Shown piece after piece: positions 27,101-40,900 of a stretch of 64,000 nt of DNA. The stretch lies in NCBI GenBank assembly GCA_964106645.2, contig OZ067043.1. One strand, given 5' to 3'. Origin of the DNA: Podarcis pityusensis. Taxonomy: Eukaryota. Within the stretch, counting starts at the first letter, position 1; each line of letters begins with the position of its first letter. Under the pieces are notes generated by a model, which was not told the DNA's origin, did no database searches, and was given only the letters and a program-made list of their open reading frames with translations. The position numbers and the translations under genes are program-made.

Positions 27101-28882
27101 GTATAGCATCTAGATCAAGGGAAGTAATAGTGCCACTGTATTCTGCTCTGGTCAGACCTCACCTGGAGTACTGTGTCCAGTTCTGGGCACCACAGTTCAA
27201 GAAGGACACTGACAAACTGGAACGTGTCCAGAGGAGGGCAACCAAAATGGTCAAAGGCCTGGAAACGATGCCTTATGAGGAACGGCTAAGGGAGCTGGGC
27301 ATGTTTAGCCTGGAGAAGAGGAGGTTAAGGGGTGATATGATAGCCATGTTCAAATATATAAAAGGATGTCACATAGAGGAGGGAGAAAGGTTGTTTTCTG
27401 CTGCTCCAGAGAAGCGGACACGGAGCAATGGATCCAAACTACAAGAAAGAAGATTCCACCTAAACATTAGGAAGAACTTCCTGACAGTAAGAGCTGTTCG
27501 TCAGTGGAATTTGCTGCCAAGGAGTGTGGTGGAGTCTCCTTCTTTGGAGGTCTTTAAGCAGAGGCTTGACAACCATATGTCAGGAGTGCTCTGATGGTGT
27601 TTCCTGCTTGGCAGGGGGTTGGACTCGATGGCCCTTGTGGTCTCTTCCAACTCTATGATTCTATGATTCTATCCATCTTGCTTCAGATGGGGGAGGGCAC
27701 AAAAAGCCTCAGAGGATCTTAAAACCCTGGCTGGTTCATGTGGGAGGAAGTAGTTACTGAGGTATCTTCATCCCAAGCTGTTCAGATCTTTAAATAGCAC
27801 AGTGAATTTGCTCTGGAAATCAATGCAGGAGCCAGTGCAGTTGTTTTAAGACTGGCAAGATGTGTTCCATATATCTCATCCCAAGTAGTGCAAAATATGG
27901 CAACTAGGTTACTAACTGACTTCCAAACTCTTCAAGGTCAGCCCTATATACAATACATTGCAATAATCTGAATGGGATTTTCCTGGAGCATGAATAATGT
28001 GGTTAGCTTGATTGTACCAGCCTAGAGTAGTAAAAGGCATTTCATACTGCTGAGGATACTTGGGCATCCAGAAGTAAGGCTAGATCTCATAGCACCTCCA
28101 GACTGTGTATCCAATCTACTAAGGCAGGCAAACCACCTACCAACAGAACTTGTCATGATTGAGCTTCAGGACATTGGTCCTCATGCAGCCAATTACTGGT
28201 TCCAGGCACAAATTCAGCACTTTTAAAGGCCACAGCACCAGCTGAATTAGAAGGAAAAATGATAGAGGTGGGTGTCAAGTGCGCCCTAAGTTCTCAAATC
28301 TCACTCAGTAGTTTCATGTAGATCAGAGATAGAGAACACATGACCTTCCTGATGTTGGTGGACTCACAACTCCCATCAGTCCCAGCCAGTGTGTGTAATA
28401 GCCAGGGATGATGGGAGCTGTACTTCAACATCTGGAGAACCACTGGTTCCCCATTCCCAAATAGATGTTGGTATAACATGGGAAGGGCAGACTAGGGTTG
28501 TGTGGAACAACATGGCATGACTGTCATGGGTCACAGCAACAGTCCAGCACCATGACCTTCTAGAACTGATGATTCAGGTTGGTATGGGATCGCCCAAGTG
28601 TGGTTCCCCTGTTCTCCCCCAGTGCAGCCAATCTAGAAGGATAGCAATGTCAATAGTATTGAAAGTCATGAGGTGTATAGTTGAATTAGCAGGGTCTCAT
28701 TCCCTTGGCATAGGTCACCCATGAGGGAGACTAAGACAGTTTCAGTTCCAAAACCAAGCTGGAAACTAATTTGAAATGGCCTCAGAAAATTAATGTTGCT
28801 CTGGGGAGCTCCAGCCCTTTTCAGCACCCTATTTTCTAGGTTATAGCATGTGCCCTAAACAGTTACTCTTCTAGCATGCAGT

Positions 28883-28918
<36 letters not shown>

Positions 28919-31900
28919 GTAATAATATAATCATCATCACCAGAATCATTCTAGAACGTAACAAAGTAGACTGAGTTGTGAAGCCTACCTCTCACAACAT
29001 TGTTATCAAGGCCTCTTTCACTTGTTCAACCTTCATGAGATATGTTCTGTCATCTGCCTACAAATCTGTATCTGTTATCCTATGTAGAAAATAACAGAGG
29101 ATTCTTAAGATGGCTAGGACATGATGTTTGTTAGCGAATTTTACACTTTGCATTATCTTTTGGTATAAAAAGGGATTGTTGATGGCTACCTCACTGCATC
29201 CCATGAAGTGTTACAATCATGGTTTCATCTTGCACAGACAGGACACACTCACAACTTAGTGTGAGCTGGTTCCTTTGGCATTCATCTGGGGAAAAGAATG
29301 CATCTAACTGGGTTATGTGTTCATCTGCACTCAGCAGATATTACTACACTTAGGCTTTATTGGGACCAGGATATGTTATATTTTGTTGTCTTGGCCTTAC
29401 TGTAAAATACTTTCTCTTCCATGGTGTATACAAACCTGCTTCCTATTTCAGGTATTTCATGTAGGCTCATGTCATGAGTTACAGTGGTACCTTAGGTTAA
29501 GAACTTAATTCGTTCTGGAGGTCCATTCTTAACCTGAAACTGTTCTTAACCTGAGGTACCACTTTAGCTAATGGGGCCTCCTGCTGCTGCTGCGCTGCCG
29601 CCACACAATTTCTGTTCTTATCCTGAAGCAAAGTTCTTAACCCGAGGTACTATTTCTGGGTTAGCGGAGTCTGTAACCTGAAGCGTCTGTAACCTGAAGC
29701 ATCTGTAATCCAAGGTACCACTGTATTAGTCTTTAAAGTGCTACAGGACTCTTCATCATGAAAGTTCTAGGTATGTTCTCTTAGCAGTGTTTGTTAGCTT
29801 ACAAGACCTGTAGATCAGGAATTTTGAAAGGTTTGTTGTGGAAGAGAAGGCCATTTAATGTAAGTTATCAATATTCTGTGCCAGGAAGAATCATTTAAGA
29901 GGTATAGCAAATCTCATATCTGAAAAATTTCACTTCCAGGAGGCAAAATGGGGATTGATGTGTTGGTTAATGTGACAGTAGTTTACATGCGACAAGCCTA
30001 GAGATAACAAAATACACTCTTTACAGTTGGCTTGGGTTTCCTGACTGATGTTGGCACTTTCAGAGTTGTGGAGGAGGGGTCTGTGTAAGATGCCCTTGGT
30101 GTTTGGGGCTTTTATATTTAGATAAAAGACAAGAAGAGGATGATAGAGCTTCAAAAAAATCATGAGTTATGTGGTGGAGAATTCTTTTCTTCCTCCCAAC
30201 ACTCAGGGTCACTCACTATTGATTGGCAAATTGAGGATAGACAAAAAGAAAATAGTTCTTCACACAGTGCACTAACTAACTGGTGCAAGAGATAAGCCAC
30301 TTTATGAAAGGTCAGTAGCAATAGTATTTACAGAAACTCCAGGTTCACAGATTATAGAACTCTGAGTACAGTTGCTGCAGAGCAAATTGCAGGACAGAAT
30401 GGAAGGCTGGACAAAACTGATATCTGGCTTGATTCAGCAGGAGTCAGCTTACATTTGTGATTGATGGTTCATTATTTTAGGAGGCTATATAGGCATAAAG
30501 CCTCCCATCTCTCCTCTCCCTTGGCAGGTATGTGAATACTCTTCTGAAGCTCATCCCACCTGTTCTGGGACTCCAGGAACAACTACGTCAAGCAGTTCAG
30601 AGCAGGGATATGGAGACATCTCATGGGATCTGCCGCATTGCTGTTGCCCTGGGGGAGAATCATTCCCGGTGAGGAGAATGGTGATGGAATCTGGTAGCAA
30701 TGATCAGTAGAAAATGGAGCTATTTTGGGGAGTGTTCCCTCTGCCCTACTAGCTTTCTTTGTAGCTAAGCAGCCTATAAGTCTCCCAAACCTCATTCTAA
30801 AGCAGCTCAAAGATCCAAAGGGTCATATGGACGCTAATGTATCTGTGCATGATAGCAGAGATACTATACCAAGTGTGGCCAAACTTGGCCCTCTAGCTGT
30901 TTTGGGACTACAGTTCCCATCATCCCTGACCACTGGTCCTGTTAGCTAGGGATGGTGGGAGTTGTAGTCCCAAAACAGCTGGAGGGCCAAGTTTGGCCTT
31001 GCCTGGACTATACAGAACCCTTTTCCATCTGAAAGCCATTGAAGATCCTAAACCTACTGTGTCTAGTCCACTTGCTGGGGTATTTGTTCCATGAGTTGGC
31101 CGAATCCCTTTCAGTTTGCTTCCTAGCTCTTTTCCTGTAGAGCACGCATCCCCAAACTCTGTCCTCCAGCTGCTTTGGGACTACAATTCCCATCATCCCT
31201 GACCACTGGTCCTGTTAGCTAGGAATAATGGGAGTTGTAGTCCTAAAACAGCTGGAAGGCTGAGTTTGGGGATGCCTGCTGTAGAGGGTATAGCGCACTG
31301 ATATACTGTATTGTATTATCCCAAATGTGGGGTGACTGCTATTTCTATGCACCTGCAATGGCAGAGCCAATTCCTGATGCAGTGTGCCTACTATCTCCCA
31401 CAGAGCTCTCTTGGACCAAGTGGACCACTGGCAGAGCTTCCTAGCACTGGTTAACATGATCATGTTCTGCACTGGGATCCCAGGACACTATCCTGTCAAT
31501 GAGACCACGAGTTCACTTACACTCACTTTCTGGTATACACTTCAGGTAAGTGTTAGCCACCTTCATGAAGTGGACTTCTTCAGTGCCATCTTTATAGGTT
31601 TGTTCTCTGGCTTGTACTTTGGTTGGTGTCAGGCATGTTCTTGTACTAGTGGTTCTGCATGCCTCTACATGAAAAAGTTGGCAAGGCTAATAGCTAGCAC
31701 ATTAAAGTTGTTTATGACGATTACACTAATTGTTCTGCATATGCAAGCACTTGTCATGTAGATTGTATAGATATTGGCTCTGGATTGAGTATAATGGAAT
31801 GTTCTGGAATTGTCCACTAGAAGCTCTGAGGCCCAACTTGATGTATACTCTGTGCTTAATAGAGTGGAAATTCTTGCATTTTTGCATACATATATTGAAG

Positions 31901-34900
31901 GCCAGAGTGAGTGACAAGGATGTATAGTAATTCTGCTTACTGCATAAACATGGTGTATAAACATGGTTGTGTTCCAGTAATATGTTCTGTGGCAACAGAG
32001 AAGATGCTCAGATATACCCGTGAGCCTTAAATTCCCTTTAGGTGCTGCAGGTATTTATTTGCAGCTCAGACTCCACCATCTTCGAGAAGTGTGTAAACTA
32101 AACACCTCATTACATGAATCAAATTATTCGCTATGAGGTAGATTTATCATCTTCCTCTCTTTCTGCTAGAGAACAACTTGACTGTGAGTACCCTGTTTTG
32201 ACAGGAAGAGAGCTCCATTTAGTTTGCTGTCTAGTGGTGGCAAGGTGTTTCTTTACTAGAGTAACCCATAGTGCATCAGTGGCCTTATTGGAAGAGCCTT
32301 ACAGATAATAGCTCTTTTCAGCTATGGAAGAAGACCAAGTTTGTTCTCTGTCTTGACAGGCAAAGTGCTGCTATTCCCAGTTGCAAGCACAATTAATGCA
32401 GATGCAGATTTGTCTGTTGTGGTGTATGCTTGCTGCTATGCTGAGACACAGTCCTTGAAGCAGTGCAGCCTGGTCTGACTTGCACTCCCCACCCCCACAC
32501 TTCCTTGGAGCCCAGAAGCTTCATTAGCATGGCAAATTAGCCTGCCCAAGAGCAAGGCTAGCTGTTGAGCTGCTGCTTCTCTGGGTGCCAGCTTGAAATG
32601 AGTTGAGGTCATGCATTGTCTCAGTGTGTGACTGGCGCAGTACTTGAGTCCACAGGCACATCGTTCCTAATGAAGGGAACAAAACTGAAGCAGCATCTTT
32701 TATAGGCTGCTCAAGAACAGAGAGACAGCAGAAGACTTTTTCTGCATGGTCTAACCCACACCAGTACACACCTTTGCAGTTTCCAGTGGGTTCCCAAAAC
32801 CTTTGGTAATTTTGTGCCAGGCAACCTAGGATCATCCTTTTCTATTTCCTTCATAAGCTCTGCCTAGTGTGAGAATCTTGAATCAGAGGTTTAGTGAAGC
32901 TCCAGGATTGTATTCAGTGACCCAGAATCCCTTCTTACTTTTCTTTTCTATACATCTGTTTTTGCATCAACCTACTTTATAAGGTAACCTTGTCCATGCC
33001 AGCCTTGAGCAGCATAGGAATACCCAGCTTTCTTCTTGGAGCAGACATTGCTATACTGTAGGGGGTGGATTTATTCCTTAACTGGCTAAAACTGTCTCTA
33101 AAGGAAAGAACAAGGTGTTGGTCACTAAAAGTAGAAGAAAGCAGACGTGGCCAGCTGCTTTACCAGCCTGTGATGGCTTCTGTGCTTGTCTAGTTGGTGT
33201 CAATGTGTTGAGAAGGAATGATACTACAGAGAGAGTGACCTGACAAAGTATTATGTAGAACTGCTCCTAGAAGCTAGGAAGGATCTTAGATGCATTAAGG
33301 AGAATATTTGAGTGGAGTAACTTGACTCTAAAATGTCATTTCTGGGTTTCCCATATAGAGATTCAACAGCAATGAGAGGTGATTCCCCCCCCCCCCACCA
33401 TCACATCAAAATGCTTGGGGGACTGATTGTGTTAACATCAACATGATTGCTGGAGTTCAGGGCTGATTTTTCCAATCTCCACTTGATGAATGATCTTTTT
33501 CTTTGCAGGATGACATCCTCTCTTTTGATCCAGAAAAGCAGGCCATGTATCAGCAAGTGTATCGGCCTGTCTATTTCCAGCTGGTGGATGTGCTCCTGCA
33601 CAAGGCACAGTTTCCCTCTGATGAAGAGTACAGCTGCTGGTCCTCTGATGAAAAGGAGCAATTTCGGATATACCGGTATGACCTTTTGCCTAATCATATC
33701 CCTTAGCATTCAGTTGGTGTGCAGTGCTTATAATCTGCAGAAGAGGAAGTTGATCATGCTTCATTAATGGGAGTAAACATTGAACTTGCCCTGATTTGGC
33801 TATGGGCTATAACTGTTTCAGCAATTTCTATCTAGCTGCTATTTGGTAATGTGGGAGTGTTTTGTAACTCTTTTTTTCCTATTGCTCATTTGCTCATTTC
33901 CTCAGAGTGGACATCTCTGACACCTTGATGTATGTGTATGAAATGCTTGGAGCAGAGCTGCTGAGCAGCTTATATGACAAACTAGGTCGCCTCTTGACCA
34001 ACACAGAGCAGCCATCCTCATGGCAGGTGAGTGGAGAGCTCCACCCTCAAATGGAACACCAAGCTAGAGGAATGCAGCAAGCACAGAGGCTGAATATGTT
34101 GCAGATTTTTAAGAAAGGATGGTACTAGTCCTGGTTAGACCTGGGGAGAGAGCATTGTGGAAGAGAGGTGCTAAGGTAAAGTGAAGGTGCAGAGTGTCTT
34201 GGTTAGAAGAACCATCTGTTAAATCTCAGAGCAGCATGTGTGGAAGGGCAATCCAGTCACAAAGCTCCAAAAAGTTGTTAGAAGTGTTGAATGGGTCTGA
34301 AATGTGTAAACCTCTTCCTTGTAGTGTACGGCTGAGTTGGTGGTTTATAAAATTGGGACTGAAGGATTGCTTCGATGTCCCAACTTCCAGCTTGCTGATT
34401 TCTCTCCTAGTGTAAGACAATGCTGGTGGTTTTTGCAATCATTCTGGCACACCTCCCATCACTGTGTGGCAGCAACCAAATTATGCAAGATACCTGACAG
34501 CAGGATTGCGGACTCAACAAATGCATGCTCAATTACATCTATTTTTCCTTATCATAGGGTTTGTGTTACCACATGTTTTTATCACTAGTCTACAAGTTAG
34601 GTTTCTGTACTGGGAAAACTGAGGAGTGTAGTTGTCCCACTACCTCCAGTGTTACAAAGAAAATATGCCTTTACAGTTTGCTGAAAGATGCTGAAAGATT
34701 CTTTGATATGTCTCCTGTGCCATGATGGGTGGTGATGCCAGGCTAGAGGTCTCTGTGTGGCAGCTAATCAGAATGTATCTGTTCACCTTGGCATGTTGAC
34801 AGTGTGTTACTGGCACAGCAAACAGTGATGGGCGTCAAGGACCATTGACCGCAGGGGCTCCTCGTTCATCAATGTGACAGCCAAGCAAAAACCCAGCCTA

Positions 34901-37900
34901 GCCATGATTTACAGTCCACGCACCTGGAAGACTTAAGACAGTAGCAAACATACCAGCACTCCAGCATACTAAGTATGCAGCCTCAGCAGTCCATATCTTG
35001 CTAGAATAGCCCTTGGTGATAGGGAGCATGGATGCAGGTGTATCCTGCCTCCTCTTGCGGGTGCAGGAAGGGGAGAGACTACACAATGAGCTCATCCACA
35101 CTTGCACTTGCCCCGCCACTTTCTCCCCAGGAAACCCACTTTTTACTGCTGAATCAGAGCAAACGCCAATCAATTTTTCTGCAGACTGGTGTTTGTTCTC
35201 ATGGAAAGTGGTGAGACAAATAGGACAAGTGGAAAACCTTTTGGACCCATGCTTTCAAGGTATGGGACAAGTGGAAGTGTGGGTGAGCCCTGTGTGTTAT
35301 ATAGTCCAGTGGTTTCAGGATGTCTAGTTGGGGTTGCACTGAAGGATAGCAGGTGCTTTATGTTGCTGGGGAAAGGGGTTCCTTAACCTGAAGAATTTGA
35401 CTCACTAGATACGATGCCCCTGCAAAAAGCTTACTGGTGAAAGAATTATTATTGTGCTACTAAGTGTAAAGGATCAACAACTCATCATAATTTTTTATGG
35501 AAGTTAGCCCTGCATATTTTTTGTAAAAATGAAATCTAGGTTGGGGACTTTTTCAACATACTGTGTCTCTGCCTTCATTGCCTTCAAGTTTGATTAAATA
35601 AATTTAAAATGTTTATATATCACTGTTCATTTGGGTAGTGGTGTTTGAACCACCCTTTGTAAAATTCAGCACCAACATGCAGTCCATGTTGCAAATCGGA
35701 TGAAGGGAGGTATATACATTTAATAAATAAAAAAAATTAAAATATCTATGTGGGGCATTAGAGTTCGGCCTGGGCTCAAGAATGAAATCTTTTTTCTCTG
35801 GCAGCACACAGAAGCTTTGCTTTATGGGTTCCAGTCCATCGCAGAAACAATAGATGTAAACTACTCAGATGTAGTGCCTGGCCTCATTGGGCTCATCCCT
35901 CACATCAGCATCAGCAATGTGCAACTTGCAGATACGGTTATGTTCACTATTGGTAAGAAGACTGGGTATGGGGAGGGAATGGGTGCTAAAAGGGAAGTTT
36001 AACCCAAAGAACCTCAGGCTGTTGAGGTCTTACAACACTATGGAACCAGCAGTCCATAGGCTGGATGTGGCCTGTAGGGCCTCTTCATCCAGTCCACAGT
36101 ACCCTCTCCTTGCCCAAGCCTGTGCTACAATTCGGCTGCAAAAAGCCTTGTATTGTCTCTGCTATGTGTATATGTGTGCCAGCTTTGAGTGTGGCCAAAA
36201 CAGAATGGGGCAATTTATTTTTTTACTCCCCCTCCCCAGCATGTAGCTCCCTGAAGGTTGGCAGTGAGGAAATGTGGCCCTTGGAATGAAAAGATTCCTA
36301 ATGCCTGAAATTGGTGTGCATTACAGTAGTCCATGTGGGGCTTCTTTGAGATGGTTTGGAAGCTGTATCTGGTGGAGAATGTTACAGCCAGTTTTTTGAA
36401 TGGAGCACCTTGACGTGCACATAGTGCACCTGTGCTGAGGGAACTGCACTAGCTGTTTTTATGATCCTGTTTATTGCTGTATTTTTGTACGTTGCTTAGA
36501 CCTTTACTAAAGTGGTTTAGTAATGCTTTTAAATAACTAAATACTGATGGGTGCTTCTTTGCTTTTTGTGGGCTGTACTGATAGCATTTGGCACATTAAA
36601 CAGAGCAGCTCCTGACTCTGCATTTTCTATCTTTCTAGGAGCACTTTCAGAGTGGCTGGCTGACCACCCTGTCATGATCAACAATGTCTTACCCCTGGTG
36701 CTACAGGCTCTGGGCAATCCTGAGTTGTCCATCTCTAGTGTCTCAACCCTTAAGAAAATCTGCCGTGAATGCAAGTATGACTTGCCTCCCTATGCTGCCA
36801 ACATAGTTGCTGTCTCTCAGGTAACTGAAATAATGGTCTAAGGATACATGGTTTTATGAGACAATGGAAGTTTAAGTGACTGACTAGTTTTGAGCTGTAT
36901 GTAAAGGAGAGATCATTCAACAGGGCTTAAAGCAGTAGGAACATTCTGAGGAGGATATCTGCGTGTGTATGTGAGATTTAGTGGGGTAAATATTTATTGC
37001 ACATTGTCAGAATGGGAATTCTGACTGCATGTATCAGTTAAAATAACTTGAATCTTATCAGTTTGAAGGTATGTGTGCATCTGTTTTGGCAGCTGGCAGG
37101 GTGGGTTGACTTTGAGCTACTTCTGCAGTGGAAATTTTGTCAAGATTCAGCTCAGCCTTCTGCTTAACTAAATGCTGTCTTTGGTTTCCCCTTCACATTT
37201 CCTGCTAGAAGAGGAAAAATTATGCTTGCAGGGTGTGTGGAGGAAACAGAACTGTTGACCCTTGTTGCTGACATTATGGAGCTTGGGAGACAAGCTACAT
37301 GAAACCGCTGCCTATAATGAATCACTGATGACTACTTATCCATTATGAAGCATCCTTGAGAAGGGTTGGCTTTCACTGTAGGAGGGAGAGGGTGCTTATT
37401 GATTATTTATTCAGATATTTATAAGCTGCATTTTAAGATCAAGCCCTCACCGGTATGTAAAAAGATTGATGCAAGATAACAATAGGTACATCAGACAGGT
37501 GTACAACTACTATGAGAAAGCTGCTCTGAATCATACAAGTCTTTAACACTCTTCAGGAAAAGCAGTAGAGAGCTTTTCAAGGCCCTCTTAAAAGCATGTA
37601 TGGAAGGGGCCAAGCTTAAGTTAATCAGAAGGGAGTTAGCCTTCTCTTGCTTATCCACTTTTCCTTGAAATTTCATAGCGCCCATGCTCCAGATCAGTGT
37701 TTGTCTCCCAGAGTTGTCAGTTGATATTGTGGTTGGAGCATTGTTAAATGTTTCTGCTGTGGGGCGAGTACTCACTTTCTCACATCTTTCCTTCTATAGG
37801 ATGTGCTAATGAAGCAGATTCACAAGGTAAGATACTTATACTCCTCCCTGGTGCAGAGGGTCAAAGAGTGTACGGAATATATGATTACCTATCAAGTTAT

Positions 37901-40900
37901 TATTTCCGAAGTATTGAGCATTCCAGTCAATGAGAGGAGGATTAGAGGAATTGGTGAAATTGGGTGCATGTCTCCCAAACAGAGTTTTGATCAGGAGTGG
38001 GGAATCTGTGACCCTCCAGAAGTTGCTGGCCATTGGCTTTGCAGGCAAGAACTGTTGGGAGCTGGAATCCAAAAGCATCTGTAGAGTCACACATTTTTCT
38101 TTCCTAGTTTAGATAGACATCCATTATGTTTCCAGGCATTCCAAAGCTGCATGAAAGAGTCTTATTTGTGTTTATCTGTGACTCAGGGCTCTGACAATGG
38201 CTATTTTGGTGCTAAGTTCTGGCACTAAACACAGGTTTCTGTGTTGAGACTTCCAGAAAGCATAGCTAAGACTTAAGCATTAGAGTTGACGAAGAATAGA
38301 GGGAGAATAAACTCCAACTGAGATGTAGTGTAGCATGACTTTCTGAGGATAATAGGAGAAACTAAGAATGTTGTCCATCTTGTTCTGCCCCCAGACAAGT
38401 CAGTGCATGTGGCTGATGCAAGCTCTGGGCTTCTTGCTCTCTGCCCTCCAAGTGGAGGAGATTTTGAAGAACCTGCACTCACTGATTACTCCTTACATCC
38501 AGCAGCTGGAGAAGCTGGCTGATGAAACGGTGAGCTACTTCACTTGCTTGGTGGTGGCTGTTTGCCAACCTTCTTTTAAGAAAGAATAGAGCCTGTTGTG
38601 TGTAAAACTCTACTCTTCTTCTTGCAAGTTGTGCCTTGTTTTAACCATACCTCCCTGGTCTTGCAAGCCTCTCATTTCTTATCTCTGTCCTCTGGTTTTT
38701 AAATTCCTTCCCCCTGCCCTGTTTTCCATTATGCTTCTGGAGTCAAGAACGGAGTGGGTGAGAATTGGCTGGGGTGGGTGGGAATCAATCACTAGACTAT
38801 GCTTCACAGTTGTGCTGTCCATTCTTGCTGCCAATCTGGGACATCTGATGTGAGTGGTCCATATCCTGGGTCTACTGTAACTGCTATAGTGATGCCTTGC
38901 CTTGCAGCCAAACCCCTCCAACAAGCTGGCCATCATCCACATCCTGGGCTTGCTCTCCAACCTCTTCACCACATTGGACATCAGTCATCATGATGATGAT
39001 CATGAGAGCTCAGAGGTCAAGAAGCTGCCGGTGCCTCAGGGCCCCAATCCGGTGGGTGTTACATGTGTCTGAGTAGTTCTTTTTATACATTAGGGCATAC
39101 AACTCCATGTTTATTTGGCTGTGCCTCTTCCCTGCCATGTAACTGTAGGCAGCTTCTTCTAACTTTTGAAGGGCAGTAGCATAGAATGGTTGAAGGGTTG
39201 TGAAAATAGGTGGTGTACAACATAGCACTGTGTGTGTGTTACTTTAACTATTGGAATGAGCCCGTGTAGATTAGCCACTTCATCACCGCAGATTGTGAGC
39301 TTTTTGACGTGACTACTGAGTGATCAGAAGAGAGCTCAGAATGTCCCTTCAATTGTGTATATTTTCTTTGTGTTCGCTTTTAAAAAGAAGTGAGGGCAGC
39401 TGCACATCTGGTATTGTGAGACTTTTGAAAACTACTCTGGCATAATATGAGTTGTGGAGCAATCTCTAGAGAGGCCTCTAATACCATCTTTTCATCCCTG
39501 GATCTGAATGGTTGTGAGCTGTCTCCTCCTCCTCAAACTGTAGTAGACCAAGCCAGTTTCATAATTATCTTCTATCTTCTTCCTCTAGGTAGTGATGGTG
39601 CTGCAGCAAGTCTTCCAGCTTATCCAGAAAGTGCTCAGCAAGTGGCTGAATGATGCCCAGGTTGTGGAGGTAATGCATCTTCTAGGTTAAAAAACAAGCA
39701 ACACTTTGCCCACATAGCTATAGTTAGATAGGAGATTCCCAGGTTGGCACTGGTGGTTGTTGGCAGAACTTGAAGAATGTATGTTTGTGATGTTGGATAA
39801 GTCTCTCTTTTCAGTTGATTCCCACATTCTGTTCAATTTGGTATTCTACTTTTAGGCTTAGGAGTTTGGCCGACCACGCCAAACTTACCTCACAGAACTG
39901 AATTGGAGGTGGGTGGAGGAAACTATATATGGCACCTCAGGCTTCTTTGAGGAAAGGTGAAGTACAGAATCAATAGATATTTAGCTAAGGAACAAGTTAT
40001 TTAACCAGTCCTCCCTTGACGCAGCCCTTCCTCTTCCCACAGTCTGTGTGCTCCATTTTTGAAAAGTCTGTGAAGACCCTCCTGGATGACTTTGCACCCA
40101 TGGTGCCTCAACTGTGTGAGATGCTGGGCCAGATGTATAGCACCATTCCTCAGGCATCTGCCATTGATCTCACTCGACAGGTAAGTCTAAGTACTAGAAT
40201 TCCTGGAAGCTACTAAGTTTACAATGGAGGCTGATTACTCAACAGATTAATTCCTACCCACTTAGTATCTTTAGCTTGTCTCCTTTGTTTTGTTCAAGCA
40301 CAGATATTGCTCAAAATGTGTTTTCCCCCATACACACGAATTGTGTATGCACATATCTGAGAAGCTACTGTAGTGTTCCTATGCCAGCTGGTCTCTGTCT
40401 CCTTTGCTGTGTTAGCAGCAAGGGTCTTGTTGATGTTTTTAGGCAAAGAACAGGCAGCTAGACTTACACGGGGGATAGCTAGGGGCTACAAATATGGAAT
40501 GGAATGGGTCAAACCAGACTGCTCTGGCTTCAGTCTCCTTTGTATTTTATATCCCCAGCTGGTTCACATCTTTGCCCATGAGCCTGCCCATTTCCCACCT
40601 ATCAAGGCGCTCTTTCTGCTCGTCACATCAGTTACGCTAACACTGTTTCAGCAAGGTACGTGTGCTTGGGCACCTTCAGTCTTGTGAGGCTGCCACGTTG
40701 AAAACTGCTGTTCCTGGTTTCAGCTGTTCAGACTCGACTATAAGGTGTGTGCAGGTGGGGGGGGGGGAGGGAACACCTTCCTCAGGTCATGGCTGTGCTC
40801 GTTCAGTTCCAAAAGCTTTTAGCTGGTACAGATGAAGATGAAAAGCTCTTGCTGAGGTGGACTCTCTGGCATGCTTCTCCTCAGGTATCAGTGCCTGAGT

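Noticed and set aside
30870-31278. Repeat-spacer-repeat appearance (CRISPR-like) or miRNA gene
   Set aside because: Eukaryotic context; each unit has its own 8-bp TSD, so these are independent MITE insertions.
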